Positions 36,654 to 47,011 are shown, numbered from the stretch's first letter. The stretch: 55,365 nt of DNA from Candidatus Krumholzibacteriia bacterium (GCA_024762975.1 JANTGJ010000005.1:1-55365); one strand, 5' to 3'. Notes: generated by a model from the letters alone, not told the origin. Program-made: numbers and translations.

Positions 36654-39600
36654 ATGTGTCTTTTCACTCATTTTGCCGCGGGAGCGTTGACCGGTGCCGC
36701 GACCGGAAATGTGGGCTGGGCGGCCGTGGCCGGAACCGCGTCGCACGCCGTACTGGATGCGATTCCTCATTACGACCACCCCGATTGGCGGGTCGAATTG
36801 GCGGGGGGAGTTGCCGCACTGCTGTTGCTGCTGCTGATGCCCTTTGTCAGTCCCGCTGCCGTAGTGGGGGGGATCTGCGGCATGCTGCCCGATCTGGAAA
36901 ATTTGTTTCAAAAGTTGGGGTGGATGGACCGGAAACGACGTATTTACCCTTCCCACAACGGTTGGGTCCCGCACGGGCGTTCGTTGGGTCCTCGTGCGAT
37001 TCTGTGGCAGTTCGCAATTTTTGCCGCCTGTTTCCTCGCCCTCGGGCTATTCAACCCGGGAACAGCTCTGGCCGCTGCCGGAACCGATGTCGCGCGGATG
37101 GACCGCCCGCGGGTGACGGTGGTCAGTGGCGACCGGGATCAAACGGTGCTGCGTCTGGATTTCCCCGTACTGCAGATGCCGACGGACTGGGACCGGATTT
37201 CTGTCGAGCAGGTCGACTTTGCGTTGCCGTCCACGATCGAGGAATCCGTGCCGGAGCAGGTCGAGATTCTGCCGCCGCGGATGTTCGTCAGTGTGGCCAT
37301 CCCGTCGAGAAAAGCCCCGCAGGTCGAAGTACTGGGCGCCCGTTGGTGGAAGGAGCCGCTGGCGGAGGTGGCAACCGACGACCTGGTTTCGTTCTCTCTT
37401 CCTTCCGTGTACCGATCCGTTCCCATCAGTGGCGCACGGATTCCTCTGGCCGCCCGGGGTGGTGTTCTGCGATCGCTCACCGTACGCCTGGATCACCAAG
37501 CCGACTCGCGCTGGCTGGCAGAGGAATCGGCAGCCAAATCCTTGACCGAACCCGCCACGAGAACCTGGCGGGAGACGCCGCCCATGGGGCTGGCCAATCG
37601 CTCTCTGTTCGAACAGATGCGGGACACTTCGCGTCGCGCTTCCCTGGCGCGTGTGGCACAGAAATCATCGTTGCCCGAGTTGTTTTTTCTGACCGATCAC
37701 TGGGCGCGGTTGGAGATCGACGAAACCGGGGTCTATTCGGTGTCCGGACAGGACCTGCATCTGGCCGGCGTGACCAATACCTCGGTCCATCCCGCGTCGT
37801 TGCGACTGTATCGGGGGGGCGGATTGTCCCTGATGGCCGACCCGAGTGCCCCGGATTCGTTGCAAGCCGATCGCATCGGCTTGAATGAGGTCGCCATCGA
37901 GGTCCTGGGCGCTGAGGATGGCGAGTGGAACCTGGATGACGAGCTGCATTTCTACGGCGTAGCTACCAGTGCCTGGAGTGATCGCCTGGGCGCCTCGCCC
38001 GACCCGCTCGAACACTATGATCATCCGTACGCCGCGCAGGCAGTCTACTGGTTGACCTGGGATTCTACTGCCGTTTCTCCCTTGCCCGGCAGCCCGCGGC
38101 GCCTGGTAACCGATGCCGCAACGCCCCGCGGGAGCGAGATCCTCTCCACGGCACGGTTGCGTGGGCACCATGAACAACAGTTGCATTCGGACATCGGCCG
38201 GGTCGCGGACGATTTCGTCTGGTACAACGCGATCAACGCCAGCGTGACGGAGAATTTCAATCTTCCGGGAGTCGTGGCCGATTCCAGTGCCTTCTTCGTC
38301 GTGGACTGGCGCGGCGTGACGGACGAGAATTCGAGTCGCTACGACACCGCCGAAGCAGCCGCCTGGGCCAATGGTTCCCTCGCCACGCGGGTGGCGACCG
38401 GGTTTGCGATCACCGCCCAGGAGGATAGCCTGCGCGTCCGCCTGGCAGGACCGTTCACGCCTCTGGCAGACCAGCCCAACAGCATCAGCCTGCAGCGTAC
38501 CGGGGGCGATGGTGACCTCTGCCTGGACAGTTTCGATATCCTGTATTGGGCGGATCTGGACCTGCGGGTGCTCCCGGGCCAAACCGAGATCCCGATCTGG
38601 GCCGAGACCTCGACTGCCGACCAGGCCGATCTGGTCGTGGCCCCGCCGGCGGGGCAGCAGGTCCGGTTGTGGAATGTCACGGATCCCTCGACTCCGCGTG
38701 CATTGACCGGCGCGGCCTCGGGCGCCTACACCGGACGGACTGGATTCGGAATCGACCTGCCGCCCGGGCAGCACACCTATTTTGTCGCCTTCACATCGGA
38801 ACGGATGCTGGATGTCGGGCCGATCCAGGTGAGCAGTCCCGACCCGATCCGGTTGGACCCGAAGGGGGTGGACTATCTGGTCATCTACCCCGGAGAGTTT
38901 GCGCCGGCGGCCCGTGCGCTGGCCGACTTCCGCTCCACGATGCTGCCGGATACCGATTCGCCGGTGGCGGCGAGTTACAACGTGCAGGAGATCTACAACA
39001 ACTTCTCCGGTGGACAGAAGGACTGGCGCGCCATCCGCAACTTCATGCGCTATGTATACCAGAATGGTGGACAGCGTCTGCGGTACGTCTGTCTGATCGG
39101 CAACGCGTGCCGGGACTACCGCAATTACCTGGGGCGTACGCCGCAGGTCGATCTGTACTACGACTTCCTTCCTACTGAAGTACGCACCCCGTTCCCGGAC
39201 AATCCGACCTACGACCTCAGGGAATCGCCCTACGCGACGGACGACGGGCTGGTGTCTTTCGATCCTCCGGCCCTGCTGGATGTCGATTATCCCGATGTCG
39301 CCGTGGGCCGATTGCCGGCCGTGAACCTGGCCGAGGCCGAGTTGATGGTGGCCAACACCATCGCCTACGAGACCGAGACGGAGCCGGGCGCATGGCGCGA
39401 TCGGATCCTGATGGTGGCAGACGACACCCATAAGCGCGGCGTGATCCCCTACTCGGGAGAGCACAAGCATACGGTCGAGGCCGAGATGCTTTGCGAGAAT
39501 CTGGTTCCCACATCGATCGACGCCGTAAAGATCTACGCCGTTGCCTATGATCTGCCGCCCGGTAGTACCAACAAGCCCGAGGTTCGGGCCGATATCAACA

Positions 39601-41078
39601 TCGGTTTGAATGAGGGCACCACGATCTACCACTATATCGGCCATGGATCGCAGGACAGCCTTGCCGATGAGCGGATTTTCGAGATCGAGGACATCCCGGC
39701 ATTGACCAACGGAATGAAACGGGGCCTGTTCGTGGCCTTCAGCTGCGACGTGGGCGTATACGACAGCACGAATCGGCGTTCGATGGGCGAGGTCTTCCTG
39801 ACCAGCGACGCCGGCGGCGCGATCGGGTCGATCACCGCCAGCCAGGTCAGTTACAGCACCGAGAACGATGTGCTGACCAACGCCTTCTACCGGGAGCTGT
39901 TCCCGGACCGTGAAGTGGATCTGACGCAGGGTATCGGACAGGCCCTGCAGCGCGCGAAGGCGGAGATGTACTACTTCAACGCGCGTCGGAATTCCCAGCG
40001 CTACAACCTGATGGGCGACCCGGCCCTGGTGCTGCCGCACCCGCGCAATGATCTGCAATTCGCTTCCGACAGCCTGGATTCCCTGATGACCGGCAGACGG
40101 CACCAGGTGCGTCTGGGAGAGGCCGGCGACCTGCTGATGCCCGAAGCCGGGGACAGTTACGACCTGCGGGTGGAAGAGTCATCGGTCACCCGATACTACG
40201 AATTCGTCTACTATCCGAACCCGGATTCCCTGCTGAGCTACGTCGAACGTGGCGAAGCCGTTTTCCGGGGTACGGGGACCGCCGACGGGGACCAACTGGC
40301 CGTGGATTTCATGGTACCCAAGCAGATGCGCTTTGGTCCGGATGCCCGCGTTCGGATGGTCCTGACGACTCCCGAGGGAGAGCACGCCGCGGAGGTCCGG
40401 GTGCCGGCCGTCCGCTCGCCGCCGACGGCGAATGAAGATGTCCACGGGCCGAGCATCGAACTGGCGTTCGCTGACCACCTGCAGAGTGTCCGCTCCGGGG
40501 CCCTGCTCGAGGCGCAACTGAGCGATCCGAGCGGGATCGCGATTCTCGGGACCAGTCCCATCACGAGCATTCTGCTGGAGTTCGATGAGACGGGATTCAT
40601 GACCGATATCACGCCGTCCTTCCGCTACGATCCGGACAGTTATACGACCGGCCGGATCGGCATGGCCCTGCCCGCGGACATGGAACCCGGAGAACATGTG
40701 GTTTCGTTGTATGCGGCGGATGCGTTGGGAAATGTCGGCAGTGATACGCTGTCCTTCCGGATCCAGGATGAAATCACGACGGGCATCGCTTCGGTGGCGC
40801 TTTTTCCTAATCCGACCCACGGCCCCTGCCGATTGGTATTCGATCTCGGAGAACCGATGCACCTGCGGTGGGACATCTACACACTGGCGGGACATTGCAT
40901 CCGTACGATCGAGGCCGATTTCGAGGAGGCCGGGCGTTCCCAGATCGAGTGGAACGGGCGGGACGACCAGTCGGACGAGATCGCCAATGGTACCTATCTA
41001 TATGTGCTGAGAGGACGAAGCGCGAGCGATCCGGAACACCCATTCCACCATACGGGCAAACTCGTGCTCATGAGATAG
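36654..41078 (+). CDS. porU: PorU-like C25 (gingipain-family) T9SS sortase with N-terminal membrane domain and C-terminal FlgD-Ig-like sorting domain
   Basis: IDETGVY, HPY....VYWL, DYLVIYP, EIYNNFSGG.KD..AIRNF, VGRLP, catalytic YIGHG and FSCDVG, YNLMGDPA; CTD FPNP...DIYTLAG..IRTI...WNGRD...ANGTYLY...GKLVLMR; directly upstream of a PorV-like gene. Confidence 0.85.
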   Translation: MCLFTHFAAGALTGAATGNVGWAAVAGTASHAVLDAIPHYDHPDWRVELAGGVAALLLLLLMPFVSPAAVVGGICGMLPDLENLFQKLGWMDRKRRIYPSHNGWVPHGRSLGPRAILWQFAIFAACFLALGLFNPGTALAAAGTDVARMDRPRVTVVSGDRDQTVLRLDFPVLQMPTDWDRISVEQVDFALPSTIEESVPEQVEILPPRMFVSVAIPSRKAPQVEVLGARWWKEPLAEVATDDLVSFSLPSVYRSVPISGARIPLAARGGVLRSLTVRLDHQADSRWLAEESAAKSLTEPATRTWRETPPMGLANRSLFEQMRDTSRRASLARVAQKSSLPELFFLTDHWARLEIDETGVYSVSGQDLHLAGVTNTSVHPASLRLYRGGGLSLMADPSAPDSLQADRIGLNEVAIEVLGAEDGEWNLDDELHFYGVATSAWSDRLGASPDPLEHYDHPYAAQAVYWLTWDSTAVSPLPGSPRRLVTDAATPRGSEILSTARLRGHHEQQLHSDIGRVADDFVWYNAINASVTENFNLPGVVADSSAFFVVDWRGVTDENSSRYDTAEAAAWANGSLATRVATGFAITAQEDSLRVRLAGPFTPLADQPNSISLQRTGGDGDLCLDSFDILYWADLDLRVLPGQTEIPIWAETSTADQADLVVAPPAGQQVRLWNVTDPSTPRALTGAASGAYTGRTGFGIDLPPGQHTYFVAFTSERMLDVGPIQVSSPDPIRLDPKGVDYLVIYPGEFAPAARALADFRSTMLPDTDSPVAASYNVQEIYNNFSGGQKDWRAIRNFMRYVYQNGGQRLRYVCLIGNACRDYRNYLGRTPQVDLYYDFLPTEVRTPFPDNPTYDLRESPYATDDGLVSFDPPALLDVDYPDVAVGRLPAVNLAEAELMVANTIAYETETEPGAWRDRILMVADDTHKRGVIPYSGEHKHTVEAEMLCENLVPTSIDAVKIYAVAYDLPPGSTNKPEVRADINIGLNEGTTIYHYIGHGSQDSLADERIFEIEDIPALTNGMKRGLFVAFSCDVGVYDSTNRRSMGEVFLTSDAGGAIGSITASQVSYSTENDVLTNAFYRELFPDREVDLTQGIGQALQRAKAEMYYFNARRNSQRYNLMGDPALVLPHPRNDLQFASDSLDSLMTGRRHQVRLGEAGDLLMPEAGDSYDLRVEESSVTRYYEFVYYPNPDSLLSYVERGEAVFRGTGTADGDQLAVDFMVPKQMRFGPDARVRMVLTTPEGEHAAEVRVPAVRSPPTANEDVHGPSIELAFADHLQSVRSGALLEAQLSDPSGIAILGTSPITSILLEFDETGFMTDITPSFRYDPDSYTTGRIGMALPADMEPGEHVVSLYAADALGNVGSDTLSFRIQDEITTGIASVALFPNPTHGPCRLVFDLGEPMHLRWDIYTLAGHCIRTIEADFEEAGRSQIEWNGRDDQSDEIANGTYLYVLRGRSASDPEHPFHHTGKLVLMR

Positions 41079-41138
41079 TCGACAACGAACGGTCCGCCCA
41101 AGGGGCCTGAACGATGGACATAACGGAGGTAGAGCGGA

Positions 41139-42170
41139 ATGAGCAGGAAAATCATGATGGCGGCCCTCGGCGCGCTGATGATCTGCGGTCTGGCACAGGA
41201 GGCCACGGCCGGCGCCGGCGCCGGTGCCATTGATCTGACCTTTCCCGTCGGCGCGCGCTACAACGCCATGGGCGAGGCCGGCGTAGCCCTGTCCCAGGAT
41301 GCGACGGCGCTGTGGTGGAATACGGGGGGGCTGGCTTTCCTGCCGACCCGGGCGCGCAACAAGGACGTGCAGATGATGACGTCGAAACTGGCCGAGGGCC
41401 TGGCCGACGACATCCGTCTGACCTGGTTCGGCGCTGCCCGCCCGCTGGGCGATATCGGTGCGATCGGAGCCAGTATCAACTATCTCGACATGGGCTCCCA
41501 GATGGGCGTGAACGAGGACAATCAGGAAACGGGTGAGTTTGCCTCGTACATGTTCTCGGTCACCGCAGGCTATGGGGTCCGTATTGCGCGGACTTTGGGT
41601 GTCGGTGTCGCGATCAAGTATTTCCGCGACGATCTTGCACCCGATCAGACGATTCAGGACGGTGTTGCGGGCGGTGGCAGCGGTGACAGCTTCGGTGTGG
41701 ATTTCGGCGCCCTGTGGAAGATTCCGCAGCTCAAGTCGATGGTCGGCATCTCCGTGGCCAACCTCGGCCCGGACATTACACACGTCGACGCGGCCCAGAG
41801 CGATCCGATGCCCCGGAAGGTAACCGTGGGCGGGGCGATCAGTCTGGTCAACAGCGAGTACGGCGGAGTCCTGATGGTGGCGGACATGCTCGTGCCGCTC
41901 TACAAGTGGAAAGGCAATGACTACGCGATCGGGTTGGAATTCGACCAGAAGGAATACGGAGCGGGCTTCGAGGCCAACTACGACTACTCGCTCTTCCTGA
42001 GGCTGGGTTACAAGAACGCCAGTTACGGTGACATTGCCGATCTGACCTATGGCATGGGTGTGGATCTGGAGAAGTGGACCGGCCGGGCCTTTGTCTTCGA
42101 TTTCGCCTGGGTTCCCCAGGCCGAGGGACTGCCCCATGTCTCGCGCCTGTCGGCCGGATATCGATTCTAG
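41139..42170 (+). CDS. porV: PorV/PorQ-family outer membrane beta-barrel
   Basis: Signal peptide; PVGARYNAMGEAGVA..DATALWWN.GGL, SINYLD.G, FGVDFG.L, S.ANLGP, LRLGY, C-terminal SAGYRF. Confidence 0.85.
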   Translation: MSRKIMMAALGALMICGLAQEATAGAGAGAIDLTFPVGARYNAMGEAGVALSQDATALWWNTGGLAFLPTRARNKDVQMMTSKLAEGLADDIRLTWFGAARPLGDIGAIGASINYLDMGSQMGVNEDNQETGEFASYMFSVTAGYGVRIARTLGVGVAIKYFRDDLAPDQTIQDGVAGGGSGDSFGVDFGALWKIPQLKSMVGISVANLGPDITHVDAAQSDPMPRKVTVGGAISLVNSEYGGVLMVADMLVPLYKWKGNDYAIGLEFDQKEYGAGFEANYDYSLFLRLGYKNASYGDIADLTYGMGVDLEKWTGRAFVFDFAWVPQAEGLPHVSRLSAGYRF

Positions 42171-42338
42171 CGGACGCGGGTCCGCAACCGTTCCGAGAAC
42201 GGCCCATGAAGCGGTTTCGGGAAAAGACCGCGACGGGACGGGGAAGCCGACGGGAGTTTCCCCGACCCACAGCATCGCCACTGGGCTTCCGGCCCGGCGG
42301 TACCTATCACAAGGCGTCACCCCGGGAAGCCAAGGAGC

Positions 42339-45300
42339 ATGGAATTGATCTCCAGGTCATTGAATTCCGACCGGAAGCAGCGGTCTGCACGGCGCATCAC
42401 GCGCCTGGGCTGGTGGTTTTGGATCGCGGGCGCGCTGGTGCTTGCGTGGACTACTCCCGTCACGGCGCAGCCGGACGGGGACGATCACGGCCACTCCTAT
42501 GAACACGTCCCGGTCTGGGGCCGGGGGCTGGAAGATCTGAAGATCCTTCCGGATGGGCAGGAACGCATCGACGCCGAGCTGCACCGGCAGGGAAAGTATG
42601 CCGAACGCTGGCGTGAGATCCATGAACTGCTCGGAGCGAGCCATGTCTCGCACAAGGGACAGGCGTTGCTGGAACGGCGGGGCCTGGGCAGGGCTTTGCT
42701 TCGGAAAACTCCGGGAGCGCCGGTCGCGGACAAATCGGGGGAACCGGATCGCCTGCGGGTGCTCATCGTCCGTATTTCGTTCGAGGAAAATCGACTGCCG
42801 AATCTGACGACGATTCCCGCCGACGGCGATTTCATGCTCGATCCGTTGGAGGAACCGGGACCGATCGAAGTGGATCCGCCGCCGCATGATCGAGCCTATT
42901 TCCAGGCCCACCTGCAAGGACTTTCCGAGTACTACCAGTACCAGTCCGGCGGCCGTTTGATCATCGAGGGGGACGTGCTGCCGCACGATCCCCATGGCTC
43001 CTACAAGCTGGGCGACATTGCCGACTATGGCCCGGGCGAGGGCCGTAGCTGGGGCGATGGATACCTGGATGATCTCGAGCGCCTGGTTCATGACATGATC
43101 GCCGTGACCGACTCGACGACCCAAGCCAACGGCACGGTCAATCTGGCCGAGTACGATGACGACAATGATTTCACGTACGTGATCTTCGTGCACTCGGGCA
43201 GTGACTGGCAGAGCGACGTGAACGGCGACTCGCCGAACGACATTCCGACCTTCTTCATCACCCTCGGCGAGCCCGTGGAATTGCTGGGTACGGATCCCGA
43301 GACGCAGACACGCGGCCTGTTGGGCGAAGTCTCGGTCATCCCCGAGACCACCAACCAGGATGGCTACCCGGGCAGTATCGCCGCCGCTCTGTATCATGAA
43401 TTCGGCCACGCCCTGGGTCTGGTGGATGTCTACAATACGGAATATGGCACACCCAATGCGGGCATCTGGGATCTGATGGATTCGGGCACGAACCTGCCGG
43501 TGACCCTGGGTGATATTTCCGACACGGGAGATACCACGATCGTTACGGCCGTCGGGGTTCTGCCGCCCTCGCTGGGAGTGTGGAACAAGTGGTTCCTGGG
43601 CTGGCTCGAGATGGGCGAAGTCGACGGCCGGTCCGGAAGCTACTACCTGCCGCCGGTCTGGGTGCCGCGCGAACAATACGGCAATTACGGGCTGAATACG
43701 AGTTGGCCGCAAGCCCTGCGTGCCGGGATCTCGCCGCGTGAATTCTTCCTGTTGGAAAACCGCTGGGTGCCCGATTTGACGACCGAGGAGGTGCCGTTCA
43801 ACCAGGTATTCTTCAGCCGTGATCCGGACACTCAGGTGATCCTCTTCCTGGGGGGCGAGTGGGGCGGTACCGAGGGCAACACCGGCATGTATGACTACTT
43901 CCTGCCGCCGGGTGGGGTCCTTGTCTGGCATGTGAACCAGGATCGCATCGAAGCGGGCCTGGCCGACAATACCATCAACACCGAATGGGACGGACTCCGT
44001 CTGGTCGAAGCGGACGGGATCGAGGATATCGGAGTCCTGGATTCGTTCGTGTTGGGCTGGTATGGAACCTCCAACGATCCCTTCGCCGAGCACAATGGAT
44101 TCCAGAACCTGTATGTCGACGGCTATCCGAACTCGCGCGCGTTTGATCGTTCGTGGACCGGACTGCAGTTGAGCGACGTGCGGCAGAATGGTCTGCGCAG
44201 CGCCAAGACGATGCGCTTCGAAGCGACGATCCACCACGGGGTTCCCGGCTTTCCCTGGGAAGCGGCGCCGATCGATTCGGTCGAAGCCGAGAGCACTGAT
44301 GGTTTCGAGGGACCGCGCGGAATCGATCCGACCTCGTTGACGGTGGCGAGCATCAACGGTAGCGATGTACTGGTCTTTGCCGATCAGGCGCCCGATACAC
44401 TGACCGGCCAGGGTCTGCCTGCCTATGACCACTTCCCGACCGCGCTCTACGCGTTGCGGACCGACGGGCATCCGGCTCTGCCGCTGCTGGCCGATCGTCC
44501 GGTGGGGGCTTTCCTGACCCTGGAGGCGCCGCTGGCCGGACCGCCGACCTTTACCATGCCTGAGGGTGGGCCCTCGTTGCTCCAGTTCGGGACGAAGCAG
44601 GGGATGGCCCATAGCTTCTACCTGTTGTACGGAGCCGCACCGGTCGAGCGTTGGAGTACCTCGGCGGGGGATACCCTGCTGCACGCACTTCTGCCGTTGA
44701 CCGTCAACGAAGGTCAGTTCGGCTGGCTGGCTGCCACCGAGGGGGTGTTGCGGATCCTGGCCGACAGTGACGGTTCGCCACTTCCGGAGTCCTACAACTA
44801 CACCGATGTTGTTTTCGACCCGGCTTTCGCCGGGCCGAACGAGCTCGTGTGTGCTCCGCAGATCCTGTCTTTCGGAGATGGCAGCGACCAGATCGCCGCG
44901 ATCACCCAGGCGGGTTGGCTGCGGATTCGACCCGGTCTCAACACGATTTCGGACGTCCATCCCTTCGCTCGTTTCCCGCTCGAAGCACCGGTCTATGCGG
45001 CGGTGCTTCCCGACGGCGACGATCTGCAGTTGCACGTATTCGATGCGCGCGGCGATGTGGGCGCGTGGGAGTTGGGACCGGACGGTTCGGTGCGCGAAAT
45101 GGAAGACCGGCTCGATTTCTCGGACCCACTCGTGACCGCCCCGGCGGTAGCCGATGTCGATGGCGACGGACGGCACGACCTGGTATTGGCCACGGCGACC
45201 CGCATCAGCGCATTCGGACCGAGCGGTACCGGTGCGGTCGGTTATCCACTGGCCTTGCGCGATCTGTTCCCGTTGGCGGACAGCACTCGCGTCCGCGGCC

Positions 45301-45962
45301 CGTTGATCGTGGCCGATGCGACCGGCGATGGAGTCGGTGAAGTATTTTTCCAAACCAGTGGGGGCCATCTGTTCGGCATTGCGCCAGGTGGGCGACTGCT
45401 GCCCGAAACGCCCCTGCGCTGGGCGGATCGCAAGGATGCCGGATTTGTCGTCGGCAGCAGCGCTGTAGAAGGGGAGCGGGCGCTCTGGATGGCCACGCCG
45501 GGGGGCTATACGGGACCGCCCCTGGACCGTGGCTACGTCAATGGCCGCATCATGGGGTTCGATCTGGGACCGGCGGCGCCGCCGAACGAGAGATCGAGCG
45601 AGTGGTTGGGCCTGTACGGCGGATCCGCTCGCTCGGGTGTCGTCGGAACACCACAGGGAATCGAGGTCGCCGGTCTTCAGCAACCGGAACAGACGGGTGC
45701 CTACTTCTATCCCAATCCCTTGCGGGATGATACCGTGACCTTGCGTTTCTACGGACAGGGAACCGGCCAGGGCCTGTTCACGCTGCACACGCTGGAGGGC
45801 GAAGAGGTCACTCGCCGCGAGTTCCAGGTTGACGAGGGAATCGTCAATGAGCTCGAGATTTCTCTGCCGCGGATTGCCAGCGGCATGTACATCGGCCGGC
45901 TCCTGGCTCCGAGTGGATCCGGCACCGAAACCACGACCTTGACCCTGGCTGTCGAACGGTAG
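42339..45962 (+). CDS. M6 (immune inhibitor A-like) metalloprotease with FG-GAP repeats and T9SS-type C-terminal domain
   Basis: Signal peptide; IFVHSG, HEFGHALGLVD, WDLMD.G, EFFLLENR, GVLVWH; ADVDGDGRHDLV and ADATGDGVGEV repeats; CTD YPNP...IASGMYI. TTG 42345 is an alternative start with better SD spacing. Confidence 0.8.
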   Translation: MELISRSLNSDRKQRSARRITRLGWWFWIAGALVLAWTTPVTAQPDGDDHGHSYEHVPVWGRGLEDLKILPDGQERIDAELHRQGKYAERWREIHELLGASHVSHKGQALLERRGLGRALLRKTPGAPVADKSGEPDRLRVLIVRISFEENRLPNLTTIPADGDFMLDPLEEPGPIEVDPPPHDRAYFQAHLQGLSEYYQYQSGGRLIIEGDVLPHDPHGSYKLGDIADYGPGEGRSWGDGYLDDLERLVHDMIAVTDSTTQANGTVNLAEYDDDNDFTYVIFVHSGSDWQSDVNGDSPNDIPTFFITLGEPVELLGTDPETQTRGLLGEVSVIPETTNQDGYPGSIAAALYHEFGHALGLVDVYNTEYGTPNAGIWDLMDSGTNLPVTLGDISDTGDTTIVTAVGVLPPSLGVWNKWFLGWLEMGEVDGRSGSYYLPPVWVPREQYGNYGLNTSWPQALRAGISPREFFLLENRWVPDLTTEEVPFNQVFFSRDPDTQVILFLGGEWGGTEGNTGMYDYFLPPGGVLVWHVNQDRIEAGLADNTINTEWDGLRLVEADGIEDIGVLDSFVLGWYGTSNDPFAEHNGFQNLYVDGYPNSRAFDRSWTGLQLSDVRQNGLRSAKTMRFEATIHHGVPGFPWEAAPIDSVEAESTDGFEGPRGIDPTSLTVASINGSDVLVFADQAPDTLTGQGLPAYDHFPTALYALRTDGHPALPLLADRPVGAFLTLEAPLAGPPTFTMPEGGPSLLQFGTKQGMAHSFYLLYGAAPVERWSTSAGDTLLHALLPLTVNEGQFGWLAATEGVLRILADSDGSPLPESYNYTDVVFDPAFAGPNELVCAPQILSFGDGSDQIAAITQAGWLRIRPGLNTISDVHPFARFPLEAPVYAAVLPDGDDLQLHVFDARGDVGAWELGPDGSVREMEDRLDFSDPLVTAPAVADVDGDGRHDLVLATATRISAFGPSGTGAVGYPLALRDLFPLADSTRVRGPLIVADATGDGVGEVFFQTSGGHLFGIAPGGRLLPETPLRWADRKDAGFVVGSSAVEGERALWMATPGGYTGPPLDRGYVNGRIMGFDLGPAAPPNERSSEWLGLYGGSARSGVVGTPQGIEVAGLQQPEQTGAYFYPNPLRDDTVTLRFYGQGTGQGLFTLHTLEGEEVTRREFQVDEGIVNELEISLPRIASGMYIGRLLAPSGSGTETTTLTLAVER

Positions 45963-45988
45963 AGACGGTCGTCCGGGAGGGACACGAT

Positions 45989-46972
45989 ATGATTTGTGGA
46001 ACGAACCGAATGATGCTGTGTGGGGTGCTGGTGCTTCTTGCGGCCGTGGCCGCTCCGGCCGCGCGAGCTGACACCGGCGACACCATCCAATCGCGCGCAG
46101 CGTGGATGCTGGACCGCATGGCCGACGGGTCGTTGGATGCGGCCACCGGCCGCGCCCTGCAGCGCGATGAATTCGGCAGCAACATCGCTCCGGTTGTCCC
46201 GCAGGAAGAGGGACCCCGTGGCATCAAGAGTTCTCCCTGGTTGATGCTGGCTTCGGCCATTGTGCCGGGTTCGGGCGAACTGGCGATGGGCCACTGGATT
46301 CGGGGTTCGGCGCTTCTGGCGGCAGATGCCTTCAGCTGGTATCAGTGGAAGGACGCGGGACAGGAAGGCGACGACCTGGAAGATGAATACTACGAGTTCG
46401 CCGATGCCCATTGGTCCGAAGAGAATCTCTTTGAAGGCTATTTCGCCTCGAGTACCGATCTGATGCGCGGCGGAGTCGGCCTGGTCTACTTCGACCTGTC
46501 CGATGAGGACGGAAATCCCATTTCGCAGATGACCAGCGTCGATGATCTGCACTACCTGTCGCTGTGGGTGAGTACCGAGGACGATCGGCGCGAATATTAT
46601 GAGAATCTGGGCAAATGGGACCAGTTCGTCTTCGGTTGGGATGACTTCCGCAACCCGAATGCGCCTCCGGCAGGGATCGAATACACCCCGGACCTGACCC
46701 TGAGCGATCTGCGTCAGCCGTGGACCTCGAAGAATCGTGAGGCCTATCGGGATCTACGCGAAAAGTCGAATGATGCCTTCAAGCGCCAGGACCGCTACCT
46801 GTACGTCAGCCTCGGACTGCGTGTTTTCAGCCTCCTGGAGGTCGCTTATCTGCAGGGATGGCTCGGTGGTGGCGAGAAGGACGCTGTCGAGGTCGCCGGA
46901 CACGAAGTTCGTCTGCTGGCAACGCCCAATACCGGAGGCCAGGGGCTCCTGGGAGCACAACTCTCATTCTGA
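45989..46972 (+). CDS. Exported hypothetical protein (DUF5683-like SxxxPGxG motif), C-terminal Phe
   Basis: Signal peptide; SAIVPGSGEL, EYYENLGKWDQFVFGWDD; ends GAQLSF; GGGAGG RBS. Confidence 0.7.
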   Translation: MICGTNRMMLCGVLVLLAAVAAPAARADTGDTIQSRAAWMLDRMADGSLDAATGRALQRDEFGSNIAPVVPQEEGPRGIKSSPWLMLASAIVPGSGELAMGHWIRGSALLAADAFSWYQWKDAGQEGDDLEDEYYEFADAHWSEENLFEGYFASSTDLMRGGVGLVYFDLSDEDGNPISQMTSVDDLHYLSLWVSTEDDRREYYENLGKWDQFVFGWDDFRNPNAPPAGIEYTPDLTLSDLRQPWTSKNREAYRDLREKSNDAFKRQDRYLYVSLGLRVFSLLEVAYLQGWLGGGEKDAVEVAGHEVRLLATPNTGGQGLLGAQLSF

Positions 46973-47011
46973 TCACAACGGGCCCGGTCGTTACCGGGAC
47001 GGGAGGCTGTT

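Noticed and set aside
42205-42270. Resemblance to a c-di-GMP-I riboswitch
   Set aside because: The conserved GCAAA and GACGCAAAGC elements are not present; kept only as a generic structured spacer.
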